A stretch of 64,000 bases of DNA from Acidimicrobiia bacterium (GCA_041628225.1 JBFKPQ010000002.1:824-64823); one strand, 5' to 3'. Shown: positions 17,781 to 27,884, counted from the stretch's first letter. The notes: generated from the sequence alone by a model not told the origin. Numbers and translations are program-made.

Positions 17781-18829
17781 ACGTCGAAGTCCAAGGTCAC
17801 GCGGTCCGACCGCGGGTGGGCCTGGCAGGTGAGGATGAGACCTGCGTCGACCTCCTCGGGAACCAGCGCCCAGTTCTTGTCCATCGTGACCTCACCGTCG
17901 ATGAGCTGTGCCTTGCAGGTTGCGCACGCGCCGCCCTTGCACGAGAACGGAAGCTCGCGCCGCACCTGCAAGGCGTGATCGAGGATGGACGGGCCGGCCG
18001 GATCGACCTGCACGACCGAGCCACGGCCTTCGAGAGTGAACGTCACGGTCGCCATGCCGGCGGTGTCGTCGTCCGCGGCGGGCAGACCAACGTCTGTGGG
18101 CGGGCCGGCAAAGAACAACTCGTCGTGGATGACTGCAGGGTCGATGCCGCGATCTTCGAGGGTGCTCCGGGCCGATGCGACGAGGCCGAACGGGCCGCAC
18201 AGGTACCAGTGGTCGACCGACTCCTGATCGACGAGGGTCTCGAAGAGCCGGTCGAGCTTGGCGCCGTCGATGCGACCGGAGAACAGGTCCACGGCGACGT
18301 GCTCGCCCGACAGCACATGCATGAGATGGAACCGATCGGTGTAGCGGTCCTTCAACGCCTCCAGCTCTTCGAGGAACATGATCGAAGCTGCGGTGCGGTT
18401 ACCCAGGATGAGCGTGGCTTTGCCGTGTTCGGTCGTCGAGAGGTGTGTCGAGACGAGCGACAGGATCGGTGTGATGCCCGAGCCCGCCGCGATCGCCGCG
18501 ATGTGGTGGCTGGCCTCCAGAGTGAACTCGCCGACCGGTTCCATCACGTCGAGGGCCATGCCGGCGCGCAGCTCCTTCGTCGCCCAGGTGGAGAAGATGC
18601 CACCATCCAGCCGCTTGATCCCGATACGCAGTTCGCCGGTGGTGGCGTTCGCGCAGATGGAGTAGGAGCGACGCACGTCCTGGCCGCCGATGTCGGCTCG
18701 GACGGTGACGTGCTGTCCGGCCTCGTAGGTGAAGGTGGTGCGCAGCTCGTCGGGAACGGCCAGCGTCACGGCCACGGCTTCGTCGGTCAGCGGTTCGACG
18801 GTCTCCACACCGAGTCGGTGGAACCGCAT
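17777..18829 (-). CDS. paaE: phenylacetyl-CoA 1,2-epoxidase reductase subunit PaaE (FNR-like with 2Fe-2S ferredoxin)
   Basis: FAD/NAD-binding RSYSIC...GSGITP, and a C-terminal CKGGACATCKA...LTCQA ferredoxin. Confidence 0.9.
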   Translation of the reverse strand: MRFHRLGVETVEPLTDEAVAVTLAVPDELRTTFTYEAGQHVTVRADIGGQDVRRSYSICANATTGELRIGIKRLDGGIFSTWATKELRAGMALDVMEPVGEFTLEASHHIAAIAAGSGITPILSLVSTHLSTTEHGKATLILGNRTAASIMFLEELEALKDRYTDRFHLMHVLSGEHVAVDLFSGRIDGAKLDRLFETLVDQESVDHWYLCGPFGLVASARSTLEDRGIDPAVIHDELFFAGPPTDVGLPAADDDTAGMATVTFTLEGRGSVVQVDPAGPSILDHALQVRRELPFSCKGGACATCKAQLIDGEVTMDKNWALVPEEVDAGLILTCQAHPRSDRVTLDFDV

Positions 18830-19275
18830 CAGATGTCCTTGAAGTGGTCGAAGGGTTCACCGCACGACGAGCACACATACAGCGCTTTGCAGGCCGTGGA
18901 TCCGAATTCGCTCACGAGGCGCGGTTCGGCGGTCCGACAGCGCGGGCACGTCACCTCGCCGCCCGGCGGAGCGATCCCGTACGCGTCGAGTTTGGCCCTG
19001 CCCTCGTCGGACATCCACGCGGTGGTCCAGGCGGGGGAGAGGACGGTGCGCACTTCATGTGGGCCGTCCCACAGACGGTCGACGACCGCCGACACGTCTG
19101 CCCGAATGACATCCATCGCCGGACAACCCGAGTAGGTCGGGGTGATCGTGACGATGAGCGTTTCGGAATCGACCGTCACGTCGCGCAGGATGCCGAGATC
19201 GGCGATCGTGAGCACCGGGATCTCCGGGTCGGTGACCGCGTCGAGTGCCGACCGAACGTCCTCGGCGGTCACCAT
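18829..19275 (-). CDS. paaD: phenylacetyl-CoA epoxidase subunit PaaD
   Basis: DVRSALDAVTDPEIPVLTIADLGILRD...TPTYSGCPA...CPRC...CSSCGEPF. Start at Met54 of ORF 18829..19434. Confidence 0.8.
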   Translation of the reverse strand: MVTAEDVRSALDAVTDPEIPVLTIADLGILRDVTVDSETLIVTITPTYSGCPAMDVIRADVSAVVDRLWDGPHEVRTVLSPAWTTAWMSDEGRAKLDAYGIAPPGGEVTCPRCRTAEPRLVSEFGSTACKALYVCSSCGEPFDHFKDI

Positions 19276-20030
19276 GTCAGGCCCGGGTGAGAGCGCGGCA
19301 CGATCTGGAGTTCGGCGAGGAGGAAGCCGAGATGCTCGCTGTGGCGGCCCGCCCGACCGCCCGTCCGCTGGAACGGGTCGTCCGGAACCGTGAGCGTCGC
19401 CTCGTGCAGCACGTTGTGCACCGTGCTCGTCCACCGTGGCGCGAGTGCGCCAGGGTCGATGCCGATGCCATCGGCCGCCAACCGTCGGTCGAGGTCGTCA
19501 CCCGTCGTCAGCTCTGCGGTGAAGCGCCACAGGGAGTCGACGGCGAACTGCATGCGGGTGTGAGATTCCTGCGTACCATCGCCGAGACGCCGGACCCACG
19601 TCGAGGAATGCCGGAGATGGTAGGCGGTCTCCTTGGCGGCCTTGGCGGCGATCCCGGCGAGATCCGGGTCGGACGACGACGCCAGGTCCTGCCAGAACGG
19701 GAGTTGGTAGGCGTCGAAGAACAACTGGCGGGCCATCGTGAAGGCGAAGTCGCCATTGGGCTGTTCCACGAGCAAGACGTTCGAGAACTCGCGCTCTGAC
19801 CGGAAGAAGGCGAAGTCGTCCTCGACCCTGCCCATCCCCTCGCGAACGCCCGCCAGCGAGTAGAGGTGGCGAGCCTGACCCAGGAGGTCGAGGGCGATGT
19901 TGGTGAGCGCGATGTCCTCCTCGAGTTCATGCGCGCGCGACGACCACTCGCCGAGGCGTTGGGCGAGGACCAGGCAATCGTCGGCGTGGCGCAAGACATA
20001 GGCCGTGACATCGGTGGTGTTCGTCGTCAC
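19269..20030 (-). CDS. paaC: phenylacetyl-CoA epoxidase subunit PaaC
   Basis: Ferritin-like PaaC pattern (AQRLGEW...LDLLGQARHLY...DDFAFFRSEREFSN). Confidence 0.85.
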   Translation of the reverse strand: MTTNTTDVTAYVLRHADDCLVLAQRLGEWSSRAHELEEDIALTNIALDLLGQARHLYSLAGVREGMGRVEDDFAFFRSEREFSNVLLVEQPNGDFAFTMARQLFFDAYQLPFWQDLASSSDPDLAGIAAKAAKETAYHLRHSSTWVRRLGDGTQESHTRMQFAVDSLWRFTAELTTGDDLDRRLAADGIGIDPGALAPRWTSTVHNVLHEATLTVPDDPFQRTGGRAGRHSEHLGFLLAELQIVPRSHPGLTW

Positions 20031-20365
20031 ATGTGCCCTACGTCATCGGGGATCTCGTAGAAGGTGGGATGGCGGTACGGCTTGTCGGCGAACGGTTCGA
20101 ACAGCTCGCCGGCCGCGTCGGGGTCAGAAGCCGTGATGGCGGTGCTCGGGACCACCCACAGCGAAACGCCTTCCACGCGCCGGGTGTATACGTCTCGGGC
20201 GGCCTGCAGGGCCGTCTCGGCGTCTGAGGCGTGGAGGCTGCCCGCGTGGACGTGCGAGAGGCCGCGGCGCCGACGAACGAATACCTCCCACAGCGGTGGA
20301 CCCGCTCGTCGATCGCCGATCGAGGGCGGCTGGTCGTCCGGCTGGGAAGGTACTTCGTATGGCAT
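20027..20365 (-). CDS. paaB: phenylacetyl-CoA epoxidase subunit PaaB
   Basis: PLWEVFVRRRRGLSHVHAGSLHA...LWVVPS. RBS GAGGAG. Start at Met29 of the listed ORF. Confidence 0.85.
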   Translation of the reverse strand: MPYEVPSQPDDQPPSIGDRRAGPPLWEVFVRRRRGLSHVHAGSLHASDAETALQAARDVYTRRVEGVSLWVVPSTAITASDPDAAGELFEPFADKPYRHPTFYEIPDDVGHM

Positions 20366-20373
20366 GGCGCTCC

Positions 20374-21291
20374 TCAGGCCGTCCGGCGGTTGGCGTGCTT
20401 GGCGGCGTACGAGGCGGCTGCCTCGCGCACCCACGCGCCCTCGTTCCACGCGTCGACCTTTTGCGCAAGCCGCTCGCGGTTCATGGGGCCGTCACCTGAA
20501 ACAACCCGCCAGAATTCGTCCCAGTCGATGGCACCGAAGTCGTATCGGCCCGCGCGTTCATTCCAGACGAGGTCCGGGTCGGGGATGGTGAGGCCGAGGT
20601 ATTCGGCTTGCGGCACGGTGGTGTCGACGAATTGCTGGCGCAGGTCGTCGTTCGAGACCCGCTTGATCTTCCACGCCATCGACTGGAGCGAGTGCGTCGA
20701 GTCGGCGTCGTGTGGACCGAACATCATGAGTGACGGCCACCACCACCGGTCGAGTGCATCCTGGGCCATCGCCTTCTGATCGTCGGAGCCGCGGCAGAGG
20801 GTGAGCATGATCTCGTAGCCCTGACGCTGATGGAACGATTCCTCCTTGCAGATCCGCACCATCGCACGTGCGTAGGGCCCGTAGCTGCACCGTGCGAGCA
20901 TCAGCTGGTTGGTGATGGCGGCTCCGTCGACCAGCCAGCCGATGGCGCCGATGTCGGCCCAGGTCAGCGTCGGGTAGTTGAAGATCGACGAGTACTTGTG
21001 GCGGCCCACGTGCAGGAGGTGCAGCAACTCGTCGCGGGAGACACCGAGCGTTTCGGCCGCCGAGTAGAGGTAGAGGCCGTGGCCGGCCTCGTCCTGGACC
21101 TTGGCCATGAGGATGGCTTTTCGCTTGAGGCTGGGGGCGCGGGTGATCCAGTTGCCCTCCGGTTGCATGCCGATGATCTCCGAGTGGGCGTGTTGGGCGA
21201 TCTGTCGGATGAGCGTTTGCCGGTAGCCGTCGGGCATGTCGTCTTTCGGCTCGATCTTCTCGTCGGCGTCGATGAGGGCCTGGAAGTCCAT
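20374..21291 (-). CDS. paaA: phenylacetyl-CoA epoxidase catalytic subunit PaaA
   Basis: Diiron ligand motifs ([15 protein letters not shown]...[10 protein letters not shown]...[11 protein letters not shown]). Confidence 0.9.
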   Translation of the reverse strand: MDFQALIDADEKIEPKDDMPDGYRQTLIRQIAQHAHSEIIGMQPEGNWITRAPSLKRKAILMAKVQDEAGHGLYLYSAAETLGVSRDELLHLLHVGRHKYSSIFNYPTLTWADIGAIGWLVDGAAITNQLMLARCSYGPYARAMVRICKEESFHQRQGYEIMLTLCRGSDDQKAMAQDALDRWWWPSLMMFGPHDADSTHSLQSMAWKIKRVSNDDLRQQFVDTTVPQAEYLGLTIPDPDLVWNERAGRYDFGAIDWDEFWRVVSGDGPMNRERLAQKVDAWNEGAWVREAAASYAAKHANRRTA

Positions 21292-21305
21292 GTGCCGGAC
21301 GATAC

Positions 21306-21319
21306 CAAACGATCGTTTG
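21306..21319. promoter_or_regulatory. perfect 14-bp palindrome CAAACGATCGTTTG, candidate PaaR (TetR) operator 15 nt upstream of paaA start
   Basis: Reverse complement is identical to itself. Fits the CNAACGNNCGTTNG pattern recalled for Thermus PaaR. Lies in the 260-bp divergent intergenic region. Confidence 0.45.
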
Positions 21320-21550
21320 TTTCGAGCGGAGCGGCGCGAAGAAGGCCCCGCTAGCGTTTCCGCTCTCAGGGCCTTCTACGTGGCTCGATCCGTGACGGAC
21401 CGAACCGAGGCGATCTACGTGTTCCGGCCCGAGGGCCTACGTGTTCCGATCGCGCAAAGGGCAATCTATCGCATGGGCGCCGGTCTGTCCATGGCGGAGT
21501 GTCACGGCGGCGCGGCTAGGTTCGAACCGACACCGAAAGGACGATCCCAG

Positions 21551-21961
21551 ATGGCCACACTCGAGGAGTTCTGCACGATTCGGGCGTCGCTCGACATGAA
21601 CGTCATCGGCAACACGCCGCGCGGCATGCGGATCGATTTTCCGTTCGCGGGTGTCGCCACCTCCTCGCATTGGGAAGGCGAACGTCCGGTGAGTGGAGTG
21701 GACTACGTGACGGTGCGCGCCGACGGCAACATGCAACTCGACATCCACGGGGTCATCGGTGAGGGACGCGCCAAGGTGGCATACACGGCGACCGGCGTGA
21801 GCCTGGCCAGCGAAGAACGAGGGGTCGCCTACCCGCAAGAGCTCCTCGTGTTCGAGACCGCCGACGCGGACCTGGCGTTTCTCAATGACGCCGTCGCGGT
21901 GGCCCTCGGCAAAGGCGAGGGCAACGCCATCGAGCTGACCGTGTGGCTGGTCCGCGGCTGA
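21551..21961 (+). CDS. DUF3237-family beta-barrel protein
   Basis: MATLEEFCTIRASLD...VIGNTPRGMRIDFPFAGVATS..WEGERPVSGVDYVTVRADGNMQLDIHGVI. RBS GAAAGGA before the ATG at 21551. Confidence 0.6.
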   Translation: MATLEEFCTIRASLDMNVIGNTPRGMRIDFPFAGVATSSHWEGERPVSGVDYVTVRADGNMQLDIHGVIGEGRAKVAYTATGVSLASEERGVAYPQELLVFETADADLAFLNDAVAVALGKGEGNAIELTVWLVRG

Positions 21962-21977
21962 CGGATACACTGCCGGC

Positions 21978-22790
21978 GTGTTGCGTCCGGTTCTGCAAGG
22001 TGAGCATCCCATCGCCATGGCCCATCGAGGGTCGATGAGCCTGTGGCCGGAGAACACGATGGTGGCCTTTCAGGGTGCCGTCGACCTCGGCTACCGGTAC
22101 CTCGAAACCGATCTGCATGCCACCGCCGACGGTGTTCTCGTGTGCGTCCACGACGACACGCTCGACCGGACCACCGAGGCGACCGGTCCCGTCACCCAGC
22201 GTCATTTGGCGGACCTGCAGAGCTTCGACGCCGCCTACCGCTTCGATCCGGTCCGGCACTTCCCGCACCGCTGCGGAGGTGTGACCATCCCGACCTTCGA
22301 GGAGCTCGTCACGACGTTTCCGGACGTCCGGATCACGGTCGACCTGAAGCAATCCGGCATCGAACCGTTGCTGGCGGATGCCGTCGCTCGCTGGGACCTG
22401 TGGGACCGGCTGATCGTCGGATCGTTTCGTGACGGACGCATTGCCCGCTTTCGGCGGCTCACCAAGGGCAGGGTTGCAACGTCGGGAGGACCGGCCGCCA
22501 TCCTGCGTTTCCTGGCAGCGGTCCGGATGGGTCGGCGACCTCGGCTCGTGGCCGACGCGCTCCAGGTGCCAGTCTCCAGCAACGGCCTCAGAGTGGTCGA
22601 CAATCGCACGGTTCGGGCAGCCCATGCCATCGGCAAACACGTGCACGTGTGGACGGTGAATGAGCGCGACGAGATGGAACGCCTCATGGAACTGGGGGTA
22701 GACGGTCTGATCACCGATCGACCCGACGTCTTGAAGCACCTGATGGTCGAACGCGGCCGAGGCGGTCCGTGGAACGAGGTTCGGACATGA
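21978..22790 (+). CDS. glycerophosphodiester phosphodiesterase (GDPD family)
   Basis: IAMAHRGSMSLWPENT...YRYLETDLHATADGVLVCVHDDTLDRTT...HVWTVNE. Confidence 0.8.
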   Translation: MLRPVLQGEHPIAMAHRGSMSLWPENTMVAFQGAVDLGYRYLETDLHATADGVLVCVHDDTLDRTTEATGPVTQRHLADLQSFDAAYRFDPVRHFPHRCGGVTIPTFEELVTTFPDVRITVDLKQSGIEPLLADAVARWDLWDRLIVGSFRDGRIARFRRLTKGRVATSGGPAAILRFLAAVRMGRRPRLVADALQVPVSSNGLRVVDNRTVRAAHAIGKHVHVWTVNERDEMERLMELGVDGLITDRPDVLKHLMVERGRGGPWNEVRT

Positions 22791-23368
22791 GCGGTTGGGA
22801 GCGTGTCGGATCGGTGGCTCTGACGCAGATCCACGTGGGTGATCTCGTCCACGGCAACTGGTACGACGTCAATCGGCTGCATCGCGTCGACGCCCTGTGG
22901 CTCACGGCGCGAGGGGTGGTCGGCGTGAGGGACGGCAAGGCCATCCTCGATTCGCATCACCGGGACCACCCGGAGCGGAGCCGTTGGAACCCGGGACGCA
23001 TGCTGTCGGTGGGCTTCGAGGGTCACTACGCCCGGATCGCCGAGCATTTCGGAGAGGTACCCATGGGTATCGGCGGGGAGAACCTCGTGGTCGACGCTCC
23101 TGACGTCTTCACCGAGTCAGACCTGTCGGCCGGGATGCGCATCGTCGGGGAGTCGGGCGAGGTCGAGTTGGCGGGAGCCGCCGTGGCGAAGCCGTGCTTG
23201 CAGTTCACCGGACACCTGCTGGACGATCCCGATGCCGACCAGGCGACGTTGCTCGCCCATCGGGGGCTGCTCGATCACGGTATCCGGGGGTTCGTGTTCG
23301 ATATCAGCGACCTGTCGGACCGGGGGTTCCGGGTGGCTCCCGGGGCCGAGGTGTTCCGACGGATTTGA
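22787..23368 (+). CDS. MOSC domain-containing protein
   Basis: ATG overlaps the GDPD stop (ATGA). GENLVVD...AKPCLQF...GLLDHGIRGFVFDI pattern, typical of the MOSC beta-barrel. Confidence 0.65.
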   Translation: MSGWERVGSVALTQIHVGDLVHGNWYDVNRLHRVDALWLTARGVVGVRDGKAILDSHHRDHPERSRWNPGRMLSVGFEGHYARIAEHFGEVPMGIGGENLVVDAPDVFTESDLSAGMRIVGESGEVELAGAAVAKPCLQFTGHLLDDPDADQATLLAHRGLLDHGIRGFVFDISDLSDRGFRVAPGAEVFRRI

Positions 23369-23545
23369 GGTTCCGTTAACCGGGACCTGCGTCCCCGTTA
23401 GGTCGTGGAATGTGACACTGGTGGTGGACGGTCAGCAACGCCCACCCCCCCGGGCGCGGACCGCAGCCTCGCCTCGGATGGTCGGCTGAGCTTTCAGAGC
23501 CTCCCAGCCCACTGGTCGGCCATCCGAGTCGAGGCGCTTTCGTTT

Positions 23546-26500
23546 TCAGCGCGGCGCAATGGCGAAGACCTGGCCCGTCTCGCTCGTGACGAAGAGGACG
23601 TCGGTTCCCACCGCGGGCGACGTGACGATCCGTCCTCCGGCGTCGAATCGCCACACTTCCTCGCCATCGAGGGTGGCTGCCAGGACGAACCCGCTGACGG
23701 AGCCGGCATAGATCATGTCTCCGGCGATCACGGGAGGCCCGGTGTCGGTGAGGTCGGGGATCACCCAGAGAATGGTCCCGTCCGGCACGCTCATCGCCGT
23801 CAGCCGCGGCCCGTCGGCGTAGTAGACGACGCCGTCTGCAACCGCGACTTCGTCATTGAGGTCCACGCCCAACAACAGGGGCTGGGCTTCCACCAGTGAT
23901 GGGCACCGACCCTCGGCGAACTGGAAGAGATTGCCCCCTTGGGTGCCGACGTACACGATGCCATCCGAGATGGCCGGCGCGGTTCGGATGGCGGCGCCGG
24001 TCTCCAGCGTGCAGATGCCTTCGCCGGTGGTTGCGTCGACGAGGTGGAGGGTGCCGGCTTCGTCGCCGACGTAGATGATGCCATCGCTGGCCGTGGGGCT
24101 CCCGGTCATGGGCGGCCCTGGGTCGCCGGACGGGTATTGCCAGAGAACCGTGCCTTCTCCGGCCGCCAGGCCGTGGAGCCGGCCATCCCCGCCGCTCACG
24201 GCGACCATGTCGTATCGCTCACCGGACGGTGGGAAGATCCGAAAAACGATCGGCGTCGTGAGGACGGGCTCGCCGATCTCGTATTGCCAGAGGGGCCTTT
24301 GGTTCGAGTTGATCGCATCGCGGGCGTACACGCGACCGTCGTTGCTGCCGGCCACCAACATGCTGAGCGTCGACTCCCCGATGTCGACGGATCCGACCGT
24401 CGGTGTCGAGAGGACGGGCCCTCCTGTCTCCATTCGCCACAGCTGCGCCCCGGTCGTCTGGTCGACGGCGTAGATGAAGTGATCCGAGCTGCCGAAGTAC
24501 ACCCATTTCCCGAAGGCAACCGGCGACGTCCGGATGACGTCCCCTGCGGCGAATGTCCAGTAGATCCCGCCGACGTCGGGAACTCCTGCGGCGTCGAACA
24601 CGCCATCGTGCAGTGGTGACCCTCGCCATTCGGCCGAGCCCGACAAGCCGTCTTCGGGGACCGGAACGATGTTTCGCTCCAGAACGAACTGTGTCGTGGT
24701 GGTGCGGTCGACCGTGCGTTCAATGACGACCGTTCCTCCGGGAGAGAGGTCGAAGCCCCCGAGAGCGAACGTGGCACCGACCGAGAGCGCGACGACGGCG
24801 GCAGCGCCGACCAGGATGGCGACCGCACGACTCGCCGTGCGGACTGGTCGGCGGCGGACGACACCGGCGGCGCGGCGCTGCGACGGCGACAGCGGCGCAC
24901 CTCCTTCGTCCAACCCGAGACCTGCCCAGGCCTCCGCCAGTGCTTCGCGGAACTCGGGGGTCTCTTCGTCGACCGCTCCGGTGTGCTCGAGCGCGGCCGA
25001 TACGTGCGGCAGCTCTCGCCACGCCGGTTGCCATCCGGGTGGTAGCCGGTCGGCGAGTCCTCGCACCCTGTCGGCGACGCGGGCCGACGGGCCTTCTTCC
25101 CAGGCGTCGGCCGCATGCACGGCTCGGACGGTTGCCGGGAGGTTGCCGAGCTCGTCGGCGAGCGTGGCGGCGTGGCGTGCCAGTTCCGGGTCGGACTCGA
25201 TCGTGGCCCGATCCGTCATGAAGTCCACCGCCGCGCCGAACCACCTGGCCACGAGCAGTTCGTCGGTCAGGTTCTCGGCGTGCTCCTGGTCGTAGTCGCC
25301 GGTGGAGGCCTGATCGATGACGAGGCGCGCCGCCTCGCAGCGGCGCCTCCACCGCCATCCGTCGGCGCCTGGCGGGCAGGCTTCGATCGCCAGCCGGATC
25401 TCCGACTGCGCCGTGCCGGCATCGTCCGTGTGGAGGAATCCCTGAGCGCGATGGAACCGCGCCACGTTCTCCCATTGGGGAAGATGCGCCATCGTCAGGT
25501 CGAACAGCCCTTCGGCTTGTTCGGCGTAATCGGCCCAGCGCTCGAAGGTCGCGAGTCCTTCCGCCCGAGCCAACGCCGCCAGGAACAGCACGGAGGTGGC
25601 CCCGTTGGCGCGTGCCAGGTCCTCGGCGCGCCGGATGGCTTCCAGAGCGCCGGTCGCGTCGCCGGTGGAAAAAAGGGCCCGGCCCCAGTAGGCGAGCTGC
25701 GCGGCGAGCGCCCCCGGTCCAAGGTGCTCGGCCCGGTCGACGAGCGATGCAAACGACGCCTCGGCGTCGCGCGCCTGTCCGCGGTCCAACTCGATCCAGG
25801 CTCGGTGCGTGTCGACCGAATAGCGATGGTCCGCAACCTCCCCTTCTGCCGACGACTTGCGGAGGGCAGCGTCGGCTTCCTCGGGGAACCCCAGGCGAGA
25901 CAACGTCCGAGCGTGGAGAGCAAGGAGCGGCGGAAGCTGGTCTCGGGTGTCCGCGAGGTGCGCATCGAGTTCGGCCATGGCGAGATGGCGCTCCGCCTGC
26001 TGCGGTCGCTGCAGATCGTCGGCCAAGGTTGCGGCAAAGCCGCGCGCCGCCACCTTCGGAGCGCCTTCCAGCAGATCGACGGCCAGTTGGTTTTCTCGCG
26101 CGGCTCCGTCCGACCAGCCGGCCGAGCGCAGGAAGCGTGCTCGCATGTCGTGCAGCATCCCCGTCGTCTCGTCCCTGGCCTCAGGGTCGGCGTCGAGAGC
26201 CCGGCCGGCCAGCCAATACGCCTCGGCCGCCTGGCCGGTGTCGTGGCGCGCCTTGGCCAGGCGCGTGAACATGTCCCTGGCGCCCTCCGTATCGCCCGCT
26301 TGGGCCATCAATTCCGCCCGGGTGAGTTCGTCACTCTCGGGGACGGCTGCCAGCAGGCGCTGGGCGAGATGGGCTCTCCGCGCCGCCGTCAGCTCGATGG
26401 TATCGGACAGCGCCTCACCAGCTCCGTAGCCTTGGGGAGTGTCGATGGCGAGACCGGAACGAATGAGCCGGTCGCCCGCAGTGAGCACCGCGTTCTCTTC

Positions 26501-27223
26501 GAGGCCGGTGACCGTCGCGAGCGCATCGACTCGCACGGGATTCCCGGCGGTGACGAGGGCTTGGGCGACGGCTACCTGGGTCTCGTCGAGTGCATCCTGC
26601 GCCACCTGCGCGCCCGGTTCGATCGTCCACTGGTCTTCCGTGTGATCGAGCGAACCTGTGGCCGCCGATGCCCGGAGGCGGGCGAGAATCCGCCGGTCGT
26701 TGGCGCCACCGGCGAGAATGGCGTCGGCGAACGCTTCGACGCCGGGGCCCGTCAGCGCACCGGCCAGGTCCACTGAGTCGATGGGAATCAGGTCGAGTTC
26801 GTGAGTCGTCGCACCGGTCGTGGCTCGCATCTTGTTGATCGTGATGGCGACGAGGTCGTCAGAACGATCGGCGACCAACACCAGCGTCACCGGCCGATCG
26901 CCGGACGCCAACAGACGGTGGAGGTGTGCCAGTGAGCTGGCATCGGCCTTGCCGAGATCTTCGATCGCAATGAGGAGTGGACCGTCTTCCGGCAGGTCGA
27001 GCTGGTCGAGAACGTCGCCCGCCCGGGAAGGGTCGGTGCCGTGAGCGATGTGGGCTCCCAGGTCGTCGCGCAGCGCCTCCAGGAGGGGCCCCGCATCAGC
27101 CGGGGGAACCCGGTCGACGACGACGAGCTGGCTCGAGCCCTCCGCCTTCGACGCGATGTGCGCGGCCGAGATGCGCTCCCAGATGTCTCGGCGCAAGGTA
27201 CGGACGAATTCGATGGTTTCCAC
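23546..27223 (-). CDS. large multidomain membrane protein: degenerate STAND/AAA-like NTPase N-terminus, TPR-like helical middle, single TM, C-terminal extracytoplasmic PQQ-repeat beta-propeller
   Basis: 1225 aa with a strong SD (GAGGGAGG). Walker-B-like LLIAIEDLGKADASSLAHLHRLLA but no P-loop. TM helix AVAILVGAAAVVALSVGATFAL around residue 830. Repeated G.VY.G..DG.L.A.D..TG..LW propeller blades follow. Confidence 0.75.
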   Translation of the reverse strand: METIEFVRTLRRDIWERISAAHIASKAEGSSQLVVVDRVPPADAGPLLEALRDDLGAHIAHGTDPSRAGDVLDQLDLPEDGPLLIAIEDLGKADASSLAHLHRLLASGDRPVTLVLVADRSDDLVAITINKMRATTGATTHELDLIPIDSVDLAGALTGPGVEAFADAILAGGANDRRILARLRASAATGSLDHTEDQWTIEPGAQVAQDALDETQVAVAQALVTAGNPVRVDALATVTGLEENAVLTAGDRLIRSGLAIDTPQGYGAGEALSDTIELTAARRAHLAQRLLAAVPESDELTRAELMAQAGDTEGARDMFTRLAKARHDTGQAAEAYWLAGRALDADPEARDETTGMLHDMRARFLRSAGWSDGAARENQLAVDLLEGAPKVAARGFAATLADDLQRPQQAERHLAMAELDAHLADTRDQLPPLLALHARTLSRLGFPEEADAALRKSSAEGEVADHRYSVDTHRAWIELDRGQARDAEASFASLVDRAEHLGPGALAAQLAYWGRALFSTGDATGALEAIRRAEDLARANGATSVLFLAALARAEGLATFERWADYAEQAEGLFDLTMAHLPQWENVARFHRAQGFLHTDDAGTAQSEIRLAIEACPPGADGWRWRRRCEAARLVIDQASTGDYDQEHAENLTDELLVARWFGAAVDFMTDRATIESDPELARHAATLADELGNLPATVRAVHAADAWEEGPSARVADRVRGLADRLPPGWQPAWRELPHVSAALEHTGAVDEETPEFREALAEAWAGLGLDEGGAPLSPSQRRAAGVVRRRPVRTASRAVAILVGAAAVVALSVGATFALGGFDLSPGGTVVIERTVDRTTTTQFVLERNIVPVPEDGLSGSAEWRGSPLHDGVFDAAGVPDVGGIYWTFAAGDVIRTSPVAFGKWVYFGSSDHFIYAVDQTTGAQLWRMETGGPVLSTPTVGSVDIGESTLSMLVAGSNDGRVYARDAINSNQRPLWQYEIGEPVLTTPIVFRIFPPSGERYDMVAVSGGDGRLHGLAAGEGTVLWQYPSGDPGPPMTGSPTASDGIIYVGDEAGTLHLVDATTGEGICTLETGAAIRTAPAISDGIVYVGTQGGNLFQFAEGRCPSLVEAQPLLLGVDLNDEVAVADGVVYYADGPRLTAMSVPDGTILWVIPDLTDTGPPVIAGDMIYAGSVSGFVLAATLDGEEVWRFDAGGRIVTSPAVGTDVLFVTSETGQVFAIAPR

Positions 27224-27285
27224 GCGGCCTCCCTCGTTGGCAAACTACCGCACCGGCCACCGTCGCGGTGGGGGAACCTGGAATA

Positions 27286-27884
27286 TCAGAAGGATGGCAG
27301 GAACTCGGCGCGGCCTGCCTCGAAGTCTGCGATGGCCGATGCGTGTCCGAGGGTGATGCCGATGTCGTCCAAGCCGTTCAGCAATCGGTGTCTCGTGAAC
27401 GGGTCGATTTCGAAGGTCGCTTCGAATGCGTCGGCGGTCACCGTTTGTGCCTCGAGATCGATCACGATGGATGCAGCAGGATCGTTTTCCGCCAGTTCGA
27501 GGAGGTAGTCGACTTCCTTGTCGGACAGCTCGATGGGGAGCAGTCCGATCTTGGTGCAGTTGGTCTTGAAGATGTCGGCGAACGACGGCGCGATGACGGC
27601 TTCGAATCCCCAATCCTGGATGCCCCACGGCGCATGTTCCCGTGACGACCCCGATCCGAAGTTCGGTCCGGTGACGAGCACCTTGGCATCTTGGTACTCG
27701 GGCCGGTTGAGCGGGAAGTCCGGGTCGAGTTCACCGTCAGGGCCGTGCCGCCAGTCCGCGAACACGAACTCGCCGTAGCCGGTGCGCTCGACCCGCTTGA
27801 GGTGCTGTTTCGGCATGATCTGGTCGGTGTCGACGTTGGCTCGTCGGAGCGGGAGCATCGTTCCACGGATGACGGTCACGACTT

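Noticed and set aside
21519-21528. GGTTCGAACC resembling a tRNA T-arm
   Set aside because: There is no flanking acceptor, D or anticodon stem structure. It is a simple palindrome in a promoter region. No tRNA genes were found in the window.
24720-26776. Multiple long ORFs (24720..25475 -, 25115..26776 +, 24196..25116 -) inside the 1225-aa gene
   Set aside because: They are alternative-frame or antisense ORFs with low-complexity sequence. The 23546..27223 frame has a coherent domain architecture.
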